A stretch of 32,000 nt of DNA from Aquifex aeolicus VF5 (lineage in GTDB: Bacteria > Aquificota > Aquificia > Aquificales > Aquificaceae): contig NC_000918.1 in NCBI RefSeq assembly GCF_000008625.1, forward strand, positions 660,001 to 692,000. The letters run 5' to 3'. A model generated the notes under the pieces. That model searched no databases. It saw only the letters and a list, made by a program, of their open reading frames with translations, and had not been told where the DNA came from. Shown here piece after piece: positions 12,190-23,881 of this stretch (position 1 is its first letter; each line of letters begins with the position of its first letter). Made by a program: the position numbers and the translations under genes.

Positions 12190-13695
12190 ATGATTTTAAT
12201 TATGCAGAAAAAGAACTTATGGCTTCACCTTCTTGGACTGGTAATCCTTACGCTCCTCTCTGCTTACGCGGTTGTAAAGTACCCTATAAACCTCGGTTTA
12301 GACCTCAAAGGCGGTGTTGAATTCCTGCTCGAACCGGATTTTAGTGTTGCAATAGAGAGAGAGTATGAAGACCTCGCGAGAAATTTAAGGGAAAAATTAT
12401 CAAAGTTTAACGTTCTTGAAGTTTATGCAACGAAAGAGGGCGTAATAATAGAGTTACTCGATAAAAAAGAGGTAGAAAACATAAAGAAAGTTATTCAGGA
12501 TATAAACCCTAATGTAATTTTTGAAGAAGAAGGCGATAAACTCGTAGTTAAGTTTACACAAAAGTATGTTGAACAGTTAAAGGAAGACATAGTAAGGCAG
12601 AGTATAGAAATCATCAGGGACAGGATAGACAAGCTCGGAGTGACTCAGCCCGTAGTCACGAGAGTCGGAAAGTACAGAATTTTGGTGGACCTTCCAGGAT
12701 TTTTGGACGTTGAAAGGGCTAAGAAGATAATAGGCAGTACCGCTTCCCTGGAGCTAAAACTCGTAATAGATGTGTCAACCGATAGAAAAGAACTCGAGAA
12801 GAAGTTAACACCCGATAGGGAAATACTTCCGTCCAGAGATGGAAGGGAGTGGTTTCTCGTGGAAAAGGCACCTGTTATAACGGGGCAGGACTTGAAAACC
12901 GCCTACGTCGGCGTTGATAACCTCGGACAACCTGCGGTGAACTTTGAACTTAAAGGAGAGGCTGCGGAGAAGTTCGGAAAGTTTACAGAACAAAATATAG
13001 GAAAGAGACTCGCCATAGTTCTGGATAGAAAGGTTGTCTCCGCACCCGTGATAAGGAGTAAGATTTCGGACAGAGGACAAATAACCGGAAACTTCACGGC
13101 TCAGGAGGCGAGAGACCTCGCCCTCATACTAAGGACTGGCAGCCTCCCCTCACCCCTCAAGTTCCTTCAGGAAAAGATAGTTGGGCCTTCTCTCGGAAAG
13201 GACGCAATAGAGCAGGGGATAAAGGCGGGCATTTTAGCGATAATACTTCTTGCCGTGGTTCTGATAGCACGCTACAAAACTGCCGGAATTACCGCAAACA
13301 TTTCCATATTCCTGAACGTCCTTTTCCTCCTTGCGAGCATGGCTTTCCTCGGGGCTACCCTCACCCTCCCGGGTATAGCGGGGATAATCCTGAACATGGG
13401 TATAGCCGTGGACTCAAACGTCCTCATCTTTGAAAGGGTAAAAGAGGAACTGAGACTGGGAAACACCGTTTCAAAAGCTATAGAACTTGGGTTCAAGAGA
13501 ACTTTAAGTGCGGTTTGGGACACACACGTTACGCTTCTTGTAGCTTCCGTTATACTCTTTCAATTTGGGAGCGGTCCCGTAAAAGGTTTTGCAACGACTC
13601 TTGCCCTAGGAACTATAGCTAGTTTTATATCAAACGTCTACTACGCAAAGGTGTTTTTAGATTTGCTTAACTCCCTAAAAATCCTAAAAATATGA
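12190..13695 (+). CDS. secD: Protein-export membrane protein SecD
   Basis: 501 aa. N-terminal TM helix, a large periplasmic domain (LGLDLKGGVEF...), and the C-terminal 5-TM block GPSLGKDAIEQGIKAG...IAGIILNMGIAVDSNVLIFERVKEE. No adjacent secF. The start could be ATG 12202. Confidence 0.9.
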   Translation: MILIMQKKNLWLHLLGLVILTLLSAYAVVKYPINLGLDLKGGVEFLLEPDFSVAIEREYEDLARNLREKLSKFNVLEVYATKEGVIIELLDKKEVENIKKVIQDINPNVIFEEEGDKLVVKFTQKYVEQLKEDIVRQSIEIIRDRIDKLGVTQPVVTRVGKYRILVDLPGFLDVERAKKIIGSTASLELKLVIDVSTDRKELEKKLTPDREILPSRDGREWFLVEKAPVITGQDLKTAYVGVDNLGQPAVNFELKGEAAEKFGKFTEQNIGKRLAIVLDRKVVSAPVIRSKISDRGQITGNFTAQEARDLALILRTGSLPSPLKFLQEKIVGPSLGKDAIEQGIKAGILAIILLAVVLIARYKTAGITANISIFLNVLFLLASMAFLGATLTLPGIAGIILNMGIAVDSNVLIFERVKEELRLGNTVSKAIELGFKRTLSAVWDTHVTLLVASVILFQFGSGPVKGFATTLALGTIASFISNVYYAKVFLDLLNSLKILKI

Positions 13696-13752
13696 AATTA
13701 ATCATTCTTTCCTTTTCCCTCAGGTTCTAACTTTTCCGTGGGAGGTGCGGTC

Positions 13753-14661
13753 ATGTTAAAAACGCTCTTTGTACTCCTGTTAATCATTAGCACAGCTTTT
13801 TCAATGACATTAAAGAAAGTTGAAGAAAACCTCTACATGGTGAGAGGAAACGATGGACTTCCTTCCAAGGAAAACAAAGGTTTTATCTCCAACGCCTACG
13901 CGGTTTTAACAGAAGAGGGATGGGTGGTTATAGACACCTTAACCACTCCCGAGCTCTCCGAGGAATTTCTGAACCTTCTTAAAAAGGTTTCAAACAAACC
14001 AGTAATTTACGCGATAGTAACTCACTACCACCTTGACCACTGGTACGGGGCAAAAACCTTCAAGGATAAAGGTGCTAAGGTAATAGCCCACGAAAAACTA
14101 AAAGAGTTCTACGATTCTGGCGAAGCCCTTCAAGTTCTGGAGGCTCAGAAGAAGAGGTTTAAGGGAGTGCTTGACAGTGTAGAGCTCGTACCTCCCGACG
14201 AAGTTGTAAAGGATAAAAAGGTTTTAAAAGTCGGTAAAGATGTATTTGAGATTTACGCAATGCCTCCCGCGCACACAAACTCCGACCTCGTAATTTACTG
14301 GAAGAACAGGAAAGTCCTTTTTGTAGGGGACCTCGTTTACATAAACAGGATTCCCTTTATGGGGGACAGGAACGCGAGTTCCAAAGGGTGGTTAGAGGTT
14401 CTGGAAAGATTAAAAGAGTTTGACGCGAGAATGCTCCTCGGTGGGCACAACTATCCCATGAATAAGGATGCGATAGACTGGACCTACAACTACATAAAGT
14501 TCGTGAGAGACACGGTAAAGAAGCTAAAAGACGAGGGCTACTTCATAGACGAGATAAAGGAGGCGTTTAAAGGAAACCCGTACGAAAAAGTTAAAATGTA
14601 TGAAGTTTTTCACAACACAAACGTGTGGAAGGTTTACAACGAACTTGATTTAGAACTTTGA
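13753..14661 (+). CDS. Secreted metallo-beta-lactamase-fold hydrolase
   Basis: HYHLDH (HxHxDH) motif and signal peptide MLKTLFVLLLIISTAFS. Start moved from the track's GTG 13738 to ATG 13753, which is preceded by GGAGGTG at an appropriate distance. Confidence 0.8.
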   Translation: MLKTLFVLLLIISTAFSMTLKKVEENLYMVRGNDGLPSKENKGFISNAYAVLTEEGWVVIDTLTTPELSEEFLNLLKKVSNKPVIYAIVTHYHLDHWYGAKTFKDKGAKVIAHEKLKEFYDSGEALQVLEAQKKRFKGVLDSVELVPPDEVVKDKKVLKVGKDVFEIYAMPPAHTNSDLVIYWKNRKVLFVGDLVYINRIPFMGDRNASSKGWLEVLERLKEFDARMLLGGHNYPMNKDAIDWTYNYIKFVRDTVKKLKDEGYFIDEIKEAFKGNPYEKVKMYEVFHNTNVWKVYNELDLEL

Positions 14662-14672
14662 GGAGGCACGTT

Positions 14673-15671
14673 ATGGACAAAGTTGAGAGGAGACTTTACG
14701 AGCTTTACGAGAAGGCTATCAATTACGAGCCCTTATCCAAGGAGGAAGCCCTTTATATACTTGAGGTAGATGACATATACGTCCCCTTCCTCGTACACCT
14801 TGCCCAGAAGATAAAGAAACACTACTTTCCCGAAAACGAAGTGGAGTTTTGCTCCATAATAAACGCAAAGAGCGGAGCTTGTTCCGAGGACTGCAAGTTC
14901 TGTGCACAATCAAAGTACTACAAAACTCCCATAAATGTTTACAATCTCGTTCCCGTTGACGAGATGGTGGAAGGTGCGATAAGAGGTGTTGAGTTCGGTG
15001 CGAATAGGTACTGTATAGTTTTAAGTGGAAAGAGTGCAACCAAGGAGGAAGTTGAAAGGATAACTGAAGCAGTAAAGGAAATAAAAAATGAAGGACTCCC
15101 CATAAACGTGTGCGTGTCCGCGGGAACTCTGGACGAGGAAAGCCTTAAAAAACTAAAAGAGGCGGGAGTAAAGAGGATAAACCACAACCTAGAAACTTCT
15201 AGAAATTTCTTCAAGAACATAGTAACCACTCACACGTGGGAAGATAGGTATGAAACCATAAAGAGGATAAAAAAGGTAGGACTCTCAACATGCAGCGGTG
15301 GGATTTTTGGCATGGGAGAGAGTAACGAGGACAGAGTTGACATGGCCCTCACCTACAGGGAACTAGAGGTTGACTCCATACCCCTTAACTTCCTGATGCC
15401 CATAGAGGGCACTCCTATGGAAAACGCCCCCGGAGTTGAGGTTATGGAAGCCCTGAAAATTATTGCCATGTTCAGGTTCACTAACCCAAAGGCGGAACTC
15501 AGACTCTGCGGAGGAAGGGAACAAAACTTAAGAGATTTCCACGGAATGGCTACGCTCATGACCAACGCCATGATGGTTGGAGGATATCTCACGAGAGCGG
15601 GAAGGGACATAAAGAAGGATTATCAACTACTGAAAGATTTGAAAGCTAAAAGAAAAGTAAGCGTGGAGTAA
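14673..15671 (+). CDS. bioB: Biotin synthase (radical SAM)
   Basis: CSEDCKFCAQS (CxxxCxxC) radical-SAM motif and BioB-like YNHNLETS-type region (INHNLETS). Start moved from TTG 14658 to ATG 14673, preceded by GAGGAGG. Confidence 0.95.
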   Translation: MDKVERRLYELYEKAINYEPLSKEEALYILEVDDIYVPFLVHLAQKIKKHYFPENEVEFCSIINAKSGACSEDCKFCAQSKYYKTPINVYNLVPVDEMVEGAIRGVEFGANRYCIVLSGKSATKEEVERITEAVKEIKNEGLPINVCVSAGTLDEESLKKLKEAGVKRINHNLETSRNFFKNIVTTHTWEDRYETIKRIKKVGLSTCSGGIFGMGESNEDRVDMALTYRELEVDSIPLNFLMPIEGTPMENAPGVEVMEALKIIAMFRFTNPKAELRLCGGREQNLRDFHGMATLMTNAMMVGGYLTRAGRDIKKDYQLLKDLKAKRKVSVE

Positions 15672-15749
15672 TATTCCCTTCTCCTTTCCCTTCTTTTCAC
15701 CTCAAAAATAAAAATTTTTCTCCTAAATTAATTCATAGGAGGAATTTAT

Positions 15750-16754
15750 ATGCCTTTGTGGGGAAGGTTCAGAATATCTTTCGACAGCTGGAAGATGATG
15801 TCACTCGATAACCATGTCCTTGAAGAGTCATCCGAGATAGGCGAAGTAAACGTAGAAACGAGTGAATGGAAACCTATAAATGGATGTATTCCTGAGGATT
15901 ATGACGAAGAAAATTTAAAGATTGCATTTATAGACGGTGTAAGAAGAACGGAAAACATCGTTTACCTTGAAGATCCAAACAGTGCAAGCGTTGTGGAAGG
16001 TGCCTTTGTTTCCATAGGCGCCGGTGCGATGGTTTTGTCCTACGGAAAGGTGAATTCCTTGGAAGACTCATTAAAAAAATCCGTCGTGAAAAGGTACTTC
16101 CTTTTAAGGGACAACGTGGACATCTCTCAACCCACTATCGTGTTCTTAACACAAACGGGAAAGCTTGAATTTAAGGTTGACAGGGCTAAAAAGGAACTCT
16201 CACCTTACGTCAACGAACTTATGGCTAATTTAGAACTCTGGGTAGCACAGCAGGTGTACAAGGCAAAAATGGCGGATTTGATGATAACCGACGGAACGCT
16301 CCACTACGTCGCAAAAGCCAAGAACCTTCCCTTTATAGGATACGTGAAGAAACACAGAAAGATTTACCTCTATCCTGAGCACATAAAGGTTTTACAAGAG
16401 CTCAAGGTCGGACAGAGAACTCCCATAATTCTCATACACTCCCAGCCTACCATGGACTCCCAAAACAAGAGCTTTGACAAGTACACGTGGTACGTGAAGT
16501 TAAACGAAAACGAGGGAATTACGAGCGTGGCCAGACTGGAAGTTCCCGCAGAACTCGGTTTAGAGGAAGCGGTAAAGCTTGCGAACTTAACAGCTTACTT
16601 GATGCCCAAATTCGCCTCTGCTGAGTTCAACGACAAGAGAGCACCTCAGAACTTAATCCCCATAAAGTACTTAGAAAATTACCTGAGGAGGAGACTCGGA
16701 AGCCAGTCCTTAATAAGGAGACTCATAGCCCAGAGGATTATGGAGAGAGTATGA
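15750..16754 (+). CDS. Hypothetical protein; tentatively an RNase H-fold / NurA-like nuclease
   Basis: 334 aa with a strong AGGAGG SD 7 nt upstream. Acidic motifs IAFIDG (D62), ANLELW (E162) and MITDGTL (D181) have a spacing that resembles the NurA catalytic D-E-D arrangement. The family call is pattern recognition only; that it is a real CDS is much more certain than the product name. Confidence 0.5.
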   Translation: MPLWGRFRISFDSWKMMSLDNHVLEESSEIGEVNVETSEWKPINGCIPEDYDEENLKIAFIDGVRRTENIVYLEDPNSASVVEGAFVSIGAGAMVLSYGKVNSLEDSLKKSVVKRYFLLRDNVDISQPTIVFLTQTGKLEFKVDRAKKELSPYVNELMANLELWVAQQVYKAKMADLMITDGTLHYVAKAKNLPFIGYVKKHRKIYLYPEHIKVLQELKVGQRTPIILIHSQPTMDSQNKSFDKYTWYVKLNENEGITSVARLEVPAELGLEEAVKLANLTAYLMPKFASAEFNDKRAPQNLIPIKYLENYLRRRLGSQSLIRRLIAQRIMERV

Positions 16755-17188
16755 AGAGGGTTTTAGTAAGCAGGTGTCTCCTTGAGTGTTGCTACCGCTA
16801 CGATGCAAAAGACGTAAGGGTGGAAAACATAAAGGAATTACTCAAAAATTACGAAGTAATCCCTATTTGTCCAGAAGTTGAACTCTTAGGACTTCCCGTC
16901 CCGAGACCAAGACTAAAGCTCGTTCCAGTAAAAGGAGAGATAAGACTTTTAAAAGAAGACACGGGAGAGGATTTAACGGAAGTTCTGGAGAAAAAATCAA
17001 GGGAATTTCTCGAAAAGGTAAAACCCATACACGCGGCTTTTTTAAAATCAAAGTCTCCGAGTTGCGGAGTGAAAGACGCAAAGGTTTACAAGTGTCTAAA
17101 TTGCGAAGAAGAAGTGGGAAGGGAAAGCGGGATATTTGCAAAGGTTTTAATGGAAATGTTTCCGGATATACCGATAATTACCTTTTAA
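16751..17188 (+). CDS. DUF523 family protein (TudS-like putative 4Fe-4S thiouracil desulfidase family)
   Basis: 145 aa. VSRCLLECCYRYDAK, ICPEVELLGLPVPRPR and KSKSPSCGV match the DUF523 signature SaCLlG..vRYdG / CPE..gGl..PR.P / SPSCG. Three Cys (C9, C40, C105) sit at the positions of cluster ligands. ATGA overlap with the upstream gene. Confidence 0.75.
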   Translation: MKRVLVSRCLLECCYRYDAKDVRVENIKELLKNYEVIPICPEVELLGLPVPRPRLKLVPVKGEIRLLKEDTGEDLTEVLEKKSREFLEKVKPIHAAFLKSKSPSCGVKDAKVYKCLNCEEEVGRESGIFAKVLMEMFPDIPIITF

Positions 17189-17787
17189 TCTCCCCAGAAG
17201 CGTTCCTCTTTCCAGGGGTCTCCTACGTGGTGATATCCCCTTACTTCCCAGTATCCGGGAACGAGATGGTCCAGAAACTCTATACCCCACACGTACTTTG
17301 CACTCTTCCACGCGTAAAGCTGAGGGACTACGAGTCTTAAGGGATAGCCGTGTCTTTTCGGAATTGGTTTTCCAAACATCTTGTAAGCCAGAATACTGTC
17401 TTCCTTTTCCAAGTACTCAACGGGCAGGTTCGTAGTATAACCTTCAAGGCAGTGTACGAGAACGTACTGTGCAGTAGGTTTTGGCTTTACTATTTCCAAA
17501 AGATCCTTCGTAAGCACACCTTCCCACACGATTTCTGGAACGCTCCAGCGCGTTACGCAGTGAAAGTCCGCAACCACTTCCGCGGAAGGGAGTTTTAAGA
17601 GCTCTTCGTAGGTCAGCTCTATGGGATTTTCAACCTCTCCCCAAACTTTGAACCTGTACTTCTCCATATCCCAGTCCGGAATATCGTCAACGATATCGTA
17701 AACTATGGGAGCCTTTATCCACTTTTGTCCCGGCGGGAGCCTATCCTCTTTCTTCTTTACTGTTGGGCTAATAATCCTCTTTTTCAT
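17185..17787 (-). CDS. Small molybdopterin-binding oxidoreductase domain protein (sulfite-oxidase/YedY-like fold)
   Basis: 200 aa. ADFHCVTRWS (Moco-ligating Cys context), LAYKMFGKPIPKRHGYPLRLVVP and SAKYVWGIEF are typical of the oxidoreductase molybdopterin-binding domain. Confidence 0.8.
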   Translation of the reverse strand: MKKRIISPTVKKKEDRLPPGQKWIKAPIVYDIVDDIPDWDMEKYRFKVWGEVENPIELTYEELLKLPSAEVVADFHCVTRWSVPEIVWEGVLTKDLLEIVKPKPTAQYVLVHCLEGYTTNLPVEYLEKEDSILAYKMFGKPIPKRHGYPLRLVVPQLYAWKSAKYVWGIEFLDHLVPGYWEVRGYHHVGDPWKEERFWGD

Positions 17788-17862
17788 AACGATTAAAAGT
17801 ATTAGGCTATCCTTAAAAGATTTGTGTGAGATTTATCAAGGAAGAAAAATAACGATTTATGA

Positions 17863-21086
<3,224 letters not shown>

Positions 21087-21090
<4 letters not shown>

Positions 21091-22298
21091 AACTTTGCCC
21101 CAACTGAAAGCGTAAAGAGGTGAGCGCTTATATCCGAAAACTCTCCCTTTATCCTCTGGTTATCAACCTTTCTGCTGTCCTTTGCAAGGTATAGGTAAGA
21201 GAATCCTACTTCCCAGTTTTTCGTAAGGTTGTATATCCCTCCGAGGGAAAGAATCCATACGCTTTTGGGCTCCGGCAATTCAAACCCTAAGCTTTTTGAA
21301 GGTATCGGAGATTCACTGTACGCTATACCGAGCAGTCCCTTAAAGCTATCGCCAAATTTGTGCTGTAATCCGAACCTGTATGTGTTCACATCTTCCCAAT
21401 CCTTCTCTATGGGTTTTCCGAACTGGTTTTCTGCGACAGGATCCTTGTAATTGAAGTCGAGGTAGTCGTAGGAGGACCAGAACGTTCTCTCGAGAGTAAG
21501 CTCAAAGGTAGTGTTATTCCACACGTATGAACCTGAAATTCTCAATTCTGCCGGAAGAGGAACGCTGACATCTCCCGAAGTATTCACTCTATGTAATCCT
21601 ATATTTCCCTTCGCATCACCCTCTATATCCAAATCAACTTTTGACCTGTATACCGCGGATATGTTAAAGTTCTCAGTGGGCTTGAAAGTGAAGGAGAGGT
21701 AGTAACCGGGCTTTACATCTGTATCCCCATCAAGTTTTAAGTTGTAAACATTCGGATAATAGAGTTTCACTTTTCCGCTTGCGTAAACTCCCCTCAAACC
21801 TCCACCTACGGAGAACTTTTCGTTTACCCTGTACGACAGGGCAAAGTCAAGTTCGTAAACCTTTAGTGTAAACCTCTTAGCGTAGGCACTCACCGGAACA
21901 TCGTCCCACCTCTTGGAGAGACCTGCAGGTGTAACAAAGGAAATACCGAACCTGAAATTTTTAACCTCAGGGAATACCATGTGGAAGTACGGGACGAAGT
22001 GTGTTTCGTCCTCGGAACGCGTATCCACGTAAACGTAGCGTTTTTGAACAGGGTCAAGAACGTTTCCCTTAAACTTTATTTTGGGCAGATATATTAATCT
22101 GCTTCCCAGTTCAAAGTACCACCTGTCCTTCAGAAATGACATGTTTGCAGGGTTGAAGTGTACAGAATCGGCGTGCTCCACAGTTGAGGTGTAAGAAGCT
22201 GCGGTTCCAGTGGAACGAATGGACTGTTCAGGAACTCTATATCCAACCGCTAAGGAAATAGCCGGGATCAGAAGTGCAGAAAGGGCTAATCTTTTCAC
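21087..22298 (-). CDS. FadL/OmpP1/TodX-family outer membrane hydrophobic-compound channel
   Basis: 403 aa. Signal peptide, then mature N-terminus GYRVPEQSIRSTGTAASYTS...ADSVHFNPANMSFL, which matches the FadL hatch-domain signature (G..l.eqsa...G.A.....Das....NPA). Amphipathic beta strands and a C-terminal Phe. Confidence 0.8.
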
Positions 22299-22301
22299 GC
22301 C

Positions 22302-22805
22302 TTACCTCCTTTCAATAATGATAACCGTTTGCGGAGTAAGTTCTCCGTTAACGAAACTCCCTTCCCCTACAAGTACACTCTTTACCTTTCCCGAAAACGG
22401 ACTTCTCACCTCCGTGTAATTTATCAATTTCTTTATCCTTTCCATTTCCGCTCTTACTTCCTCTATCTGGTACTCTAAAACCTTCAGCTCAGTCCTTTTA
22501 TCTTCGAGTACGCTTTCTGCAAGGAGGTCTCTGTTGAACATTTCCTCGTACCTTCTGTAGTACCTCTCCGCCTTTTTTCTCTTCTCTTCCAGTTCCATGA
22601 GTTTTGCCTCGAGGGCTTTGAGCTTCAGTGTGTAGAGTTCATCCGAGATTTTTAAAAGTTTTTGTGCCTTTTTAACCGTATCCCCTTCCTTTACGAATAC
22701 TTTTTGAACTTTTCCTTTTACTATTACGTTTACAGGAATCTCCTCTGAAAAGACGAAGCAAATCAGGAGAAGGAATATTAACGCAATCCAAGAACCTTTT
22801 CCCAC
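22302..22805 (-). CDS. Short membrane-fusion-protein-like protein (lipoyl-like half-domains flanking a coiled-coil hairpin only)
   Basis: 167 aa. N-terminal TM anchor. GKVQKVFVKEGDTVKKAQKLLKI, then about 75 aa of heptad-rich K/E sequence, then VRSPFSGKVKSVLVGEGSFV. This is the HlyD/MFP lipoyl plus alpha-hairpin arrangement without beta-barrel or MP domains. GTG start; 28-nt overlap with the macro gene. Confidence 0.55.
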   Translation of the reverse strand: MGKGSWIALIFLLLICFVFSEEIPVNVIVKGKVQKVFVKEGDTVKKAQKLLKISDELYTLKLKALEAKLMELEEKRKKAERYYRRYEEMFNRDLLAESVLEDKRTELKVLEYQIEEVRAEMERIKKLINYTEVRSPFSGKVKSVLVGEGSFVNGELTPQTVIIIERR

Positions 22806-23275
22806 GCCTCTACCATCTCCTCGTCTATATCAACGAGAATAACCTTCTCAAGACACTTTGGCTCAAACTTCCTTATCTCCTCAACCATAGCCCTTGCGGC
22901 AACTTCCTTTGGTACTCCGCCGACTCCCGTTCCCATACCCGGAATAGCTACAATTTTAAAACACTCTTTATCCGCAAGCTCGAGAGCAGCTCTCGTTGCC
23001 TTTCTTACCTTTTCCTCGGAGGAGGGCATGGCTGGTTCTTCCATAGTGGGAGCATGTATCACACCCTTGAACTTGAGTTTTCCTGCTGTAGTCAGGACAG
23101 CCGAACCAACGGGAATAGGAGCTTTTTCTACAGCTTCCCTTTCTATCTCCTCTCCACCAAGTCTTTTTATAACTACCGCTACTCCGCCCCCCATTAACCC
23201 TCTGCTGTTTGCAGGGTTAACGATTACATCGGCGTCAACTTCCGTAATACTTCCCTTTACGACTTTTATGTCCAT
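22778..23275 (-). CDS. Macro domain protein (ADP-ribose / O-acetyl-ADP-ribose binding or hydrolysing)
   Basis: 165 aa. GSITEVDADVIVNPANSRGLMGGGVA and IPGMGTGVGGVP are macro-domain signatures. Confidence 0.9.
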   Translation of the reverse strand: MDIKVVKGSITEVDADVIVNPANSRGLMGGGVAVVIKRLGGEEIEREAVEKAPIPVGSAVLTTAGKLKFKGVIHAPTMEEPAMPSSEEKVRKATRAALELADKECFKIVAIPGMGTGVGGVPKEVAARAMVEEIRKFEPKCLEKVILVDIDEEMVEAWEKVLGLR

Positions 23276-23287
23276 AATGGAAAGATT

Positions 23288-23881
23288 TTAATCGAGAAGT
23301 TTCTTTACATCCTCCGCAATTAAGTTTGGTTTTTGTTTGCTTGCAGAGTATATGAGTTTTATTTTTCCGTCTTTGGTTATCAAATAGATAAGAGCTGAGT
23401 GGTTCACGAGATAATCATTACTGCCCTTTTGAGGGACTTTTTCGTAAAAGACTTTATAAGCCTTTGCGACTTCCTTTATCTCCTCGGGCGTTCCCGTGAG
23501 TCCCAAGAAGCTCTCGTCAAAGTACTTGGCGTATTGAGAAACAAGCTTCGGAGTATCCCTTTCCGGATCAACGCTGATAAAGACCACCTGAACCCTTTTC
23601 CTTTCATCCTCGTCGAGTTTTTTCATAGTGTTTTTGAGAACTTCCATGGCAGCCGGGCAAACGTCCGGACAGTGGGTGAAACCAAAGAACACGAGAACTA
23701 TGTCCTTTTCTTTGAGTATATCTTTAAGACATACTTCTTTAACCTTCCCGTTTTCTTCAGTCTTCAAGCAGAAGTTGTAAGCCGGTTTGTCGTAAAGTAT
23801 TCCGTTAAAGCTTTCCTTTTTTTGACAACCTAAGATGAGTAGAATATATAAAAGGATTAAGTAAAGGAACCTCAGGCTCAT
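23288..23881 (-). CDS. SCO1/SenC-family copper chaperone (thioredoxin fold), probable lipoprotein
   Basis: 197 aa. FFGFTHCPDVCP (CxxxC) motif, the conserved downstream His context (LVNHSALIYL) and lipobox LILGC. Confidence 0.9.
   Translation of the reverse strand: MSLRFLYLILLYILLILGCQKKESFNGILYDKPAYNFCLKTEENGKVKEVCLKDILKEKDIVLVFFGFTHCPDVCPAAMEVLKNTMKKLDEDERKRVQVVFISVDPERDTPKLVSQYAKYFDESFLGLTGTPEEIKEVAKAYKVFYEKVPQKGSNDYLVNHSALIYLITKDGKIKLIYSASKQKPNLIAEDVKKLLD

Noticed and set aside
15675-15745. RBS-sequestering hairpin between the CT-rich tract (TTCTCCT) and the AGGAGGA Shine-Dalgarno of the 15750 ORF
   Set aside because: At most 7 bp can form, including a G-U pair, across an AT-rich loop of about 50 nt. 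This would not be stable at the growth temperature implied by the proteome, so the tract is reported only as a compositional and rut-like feature.
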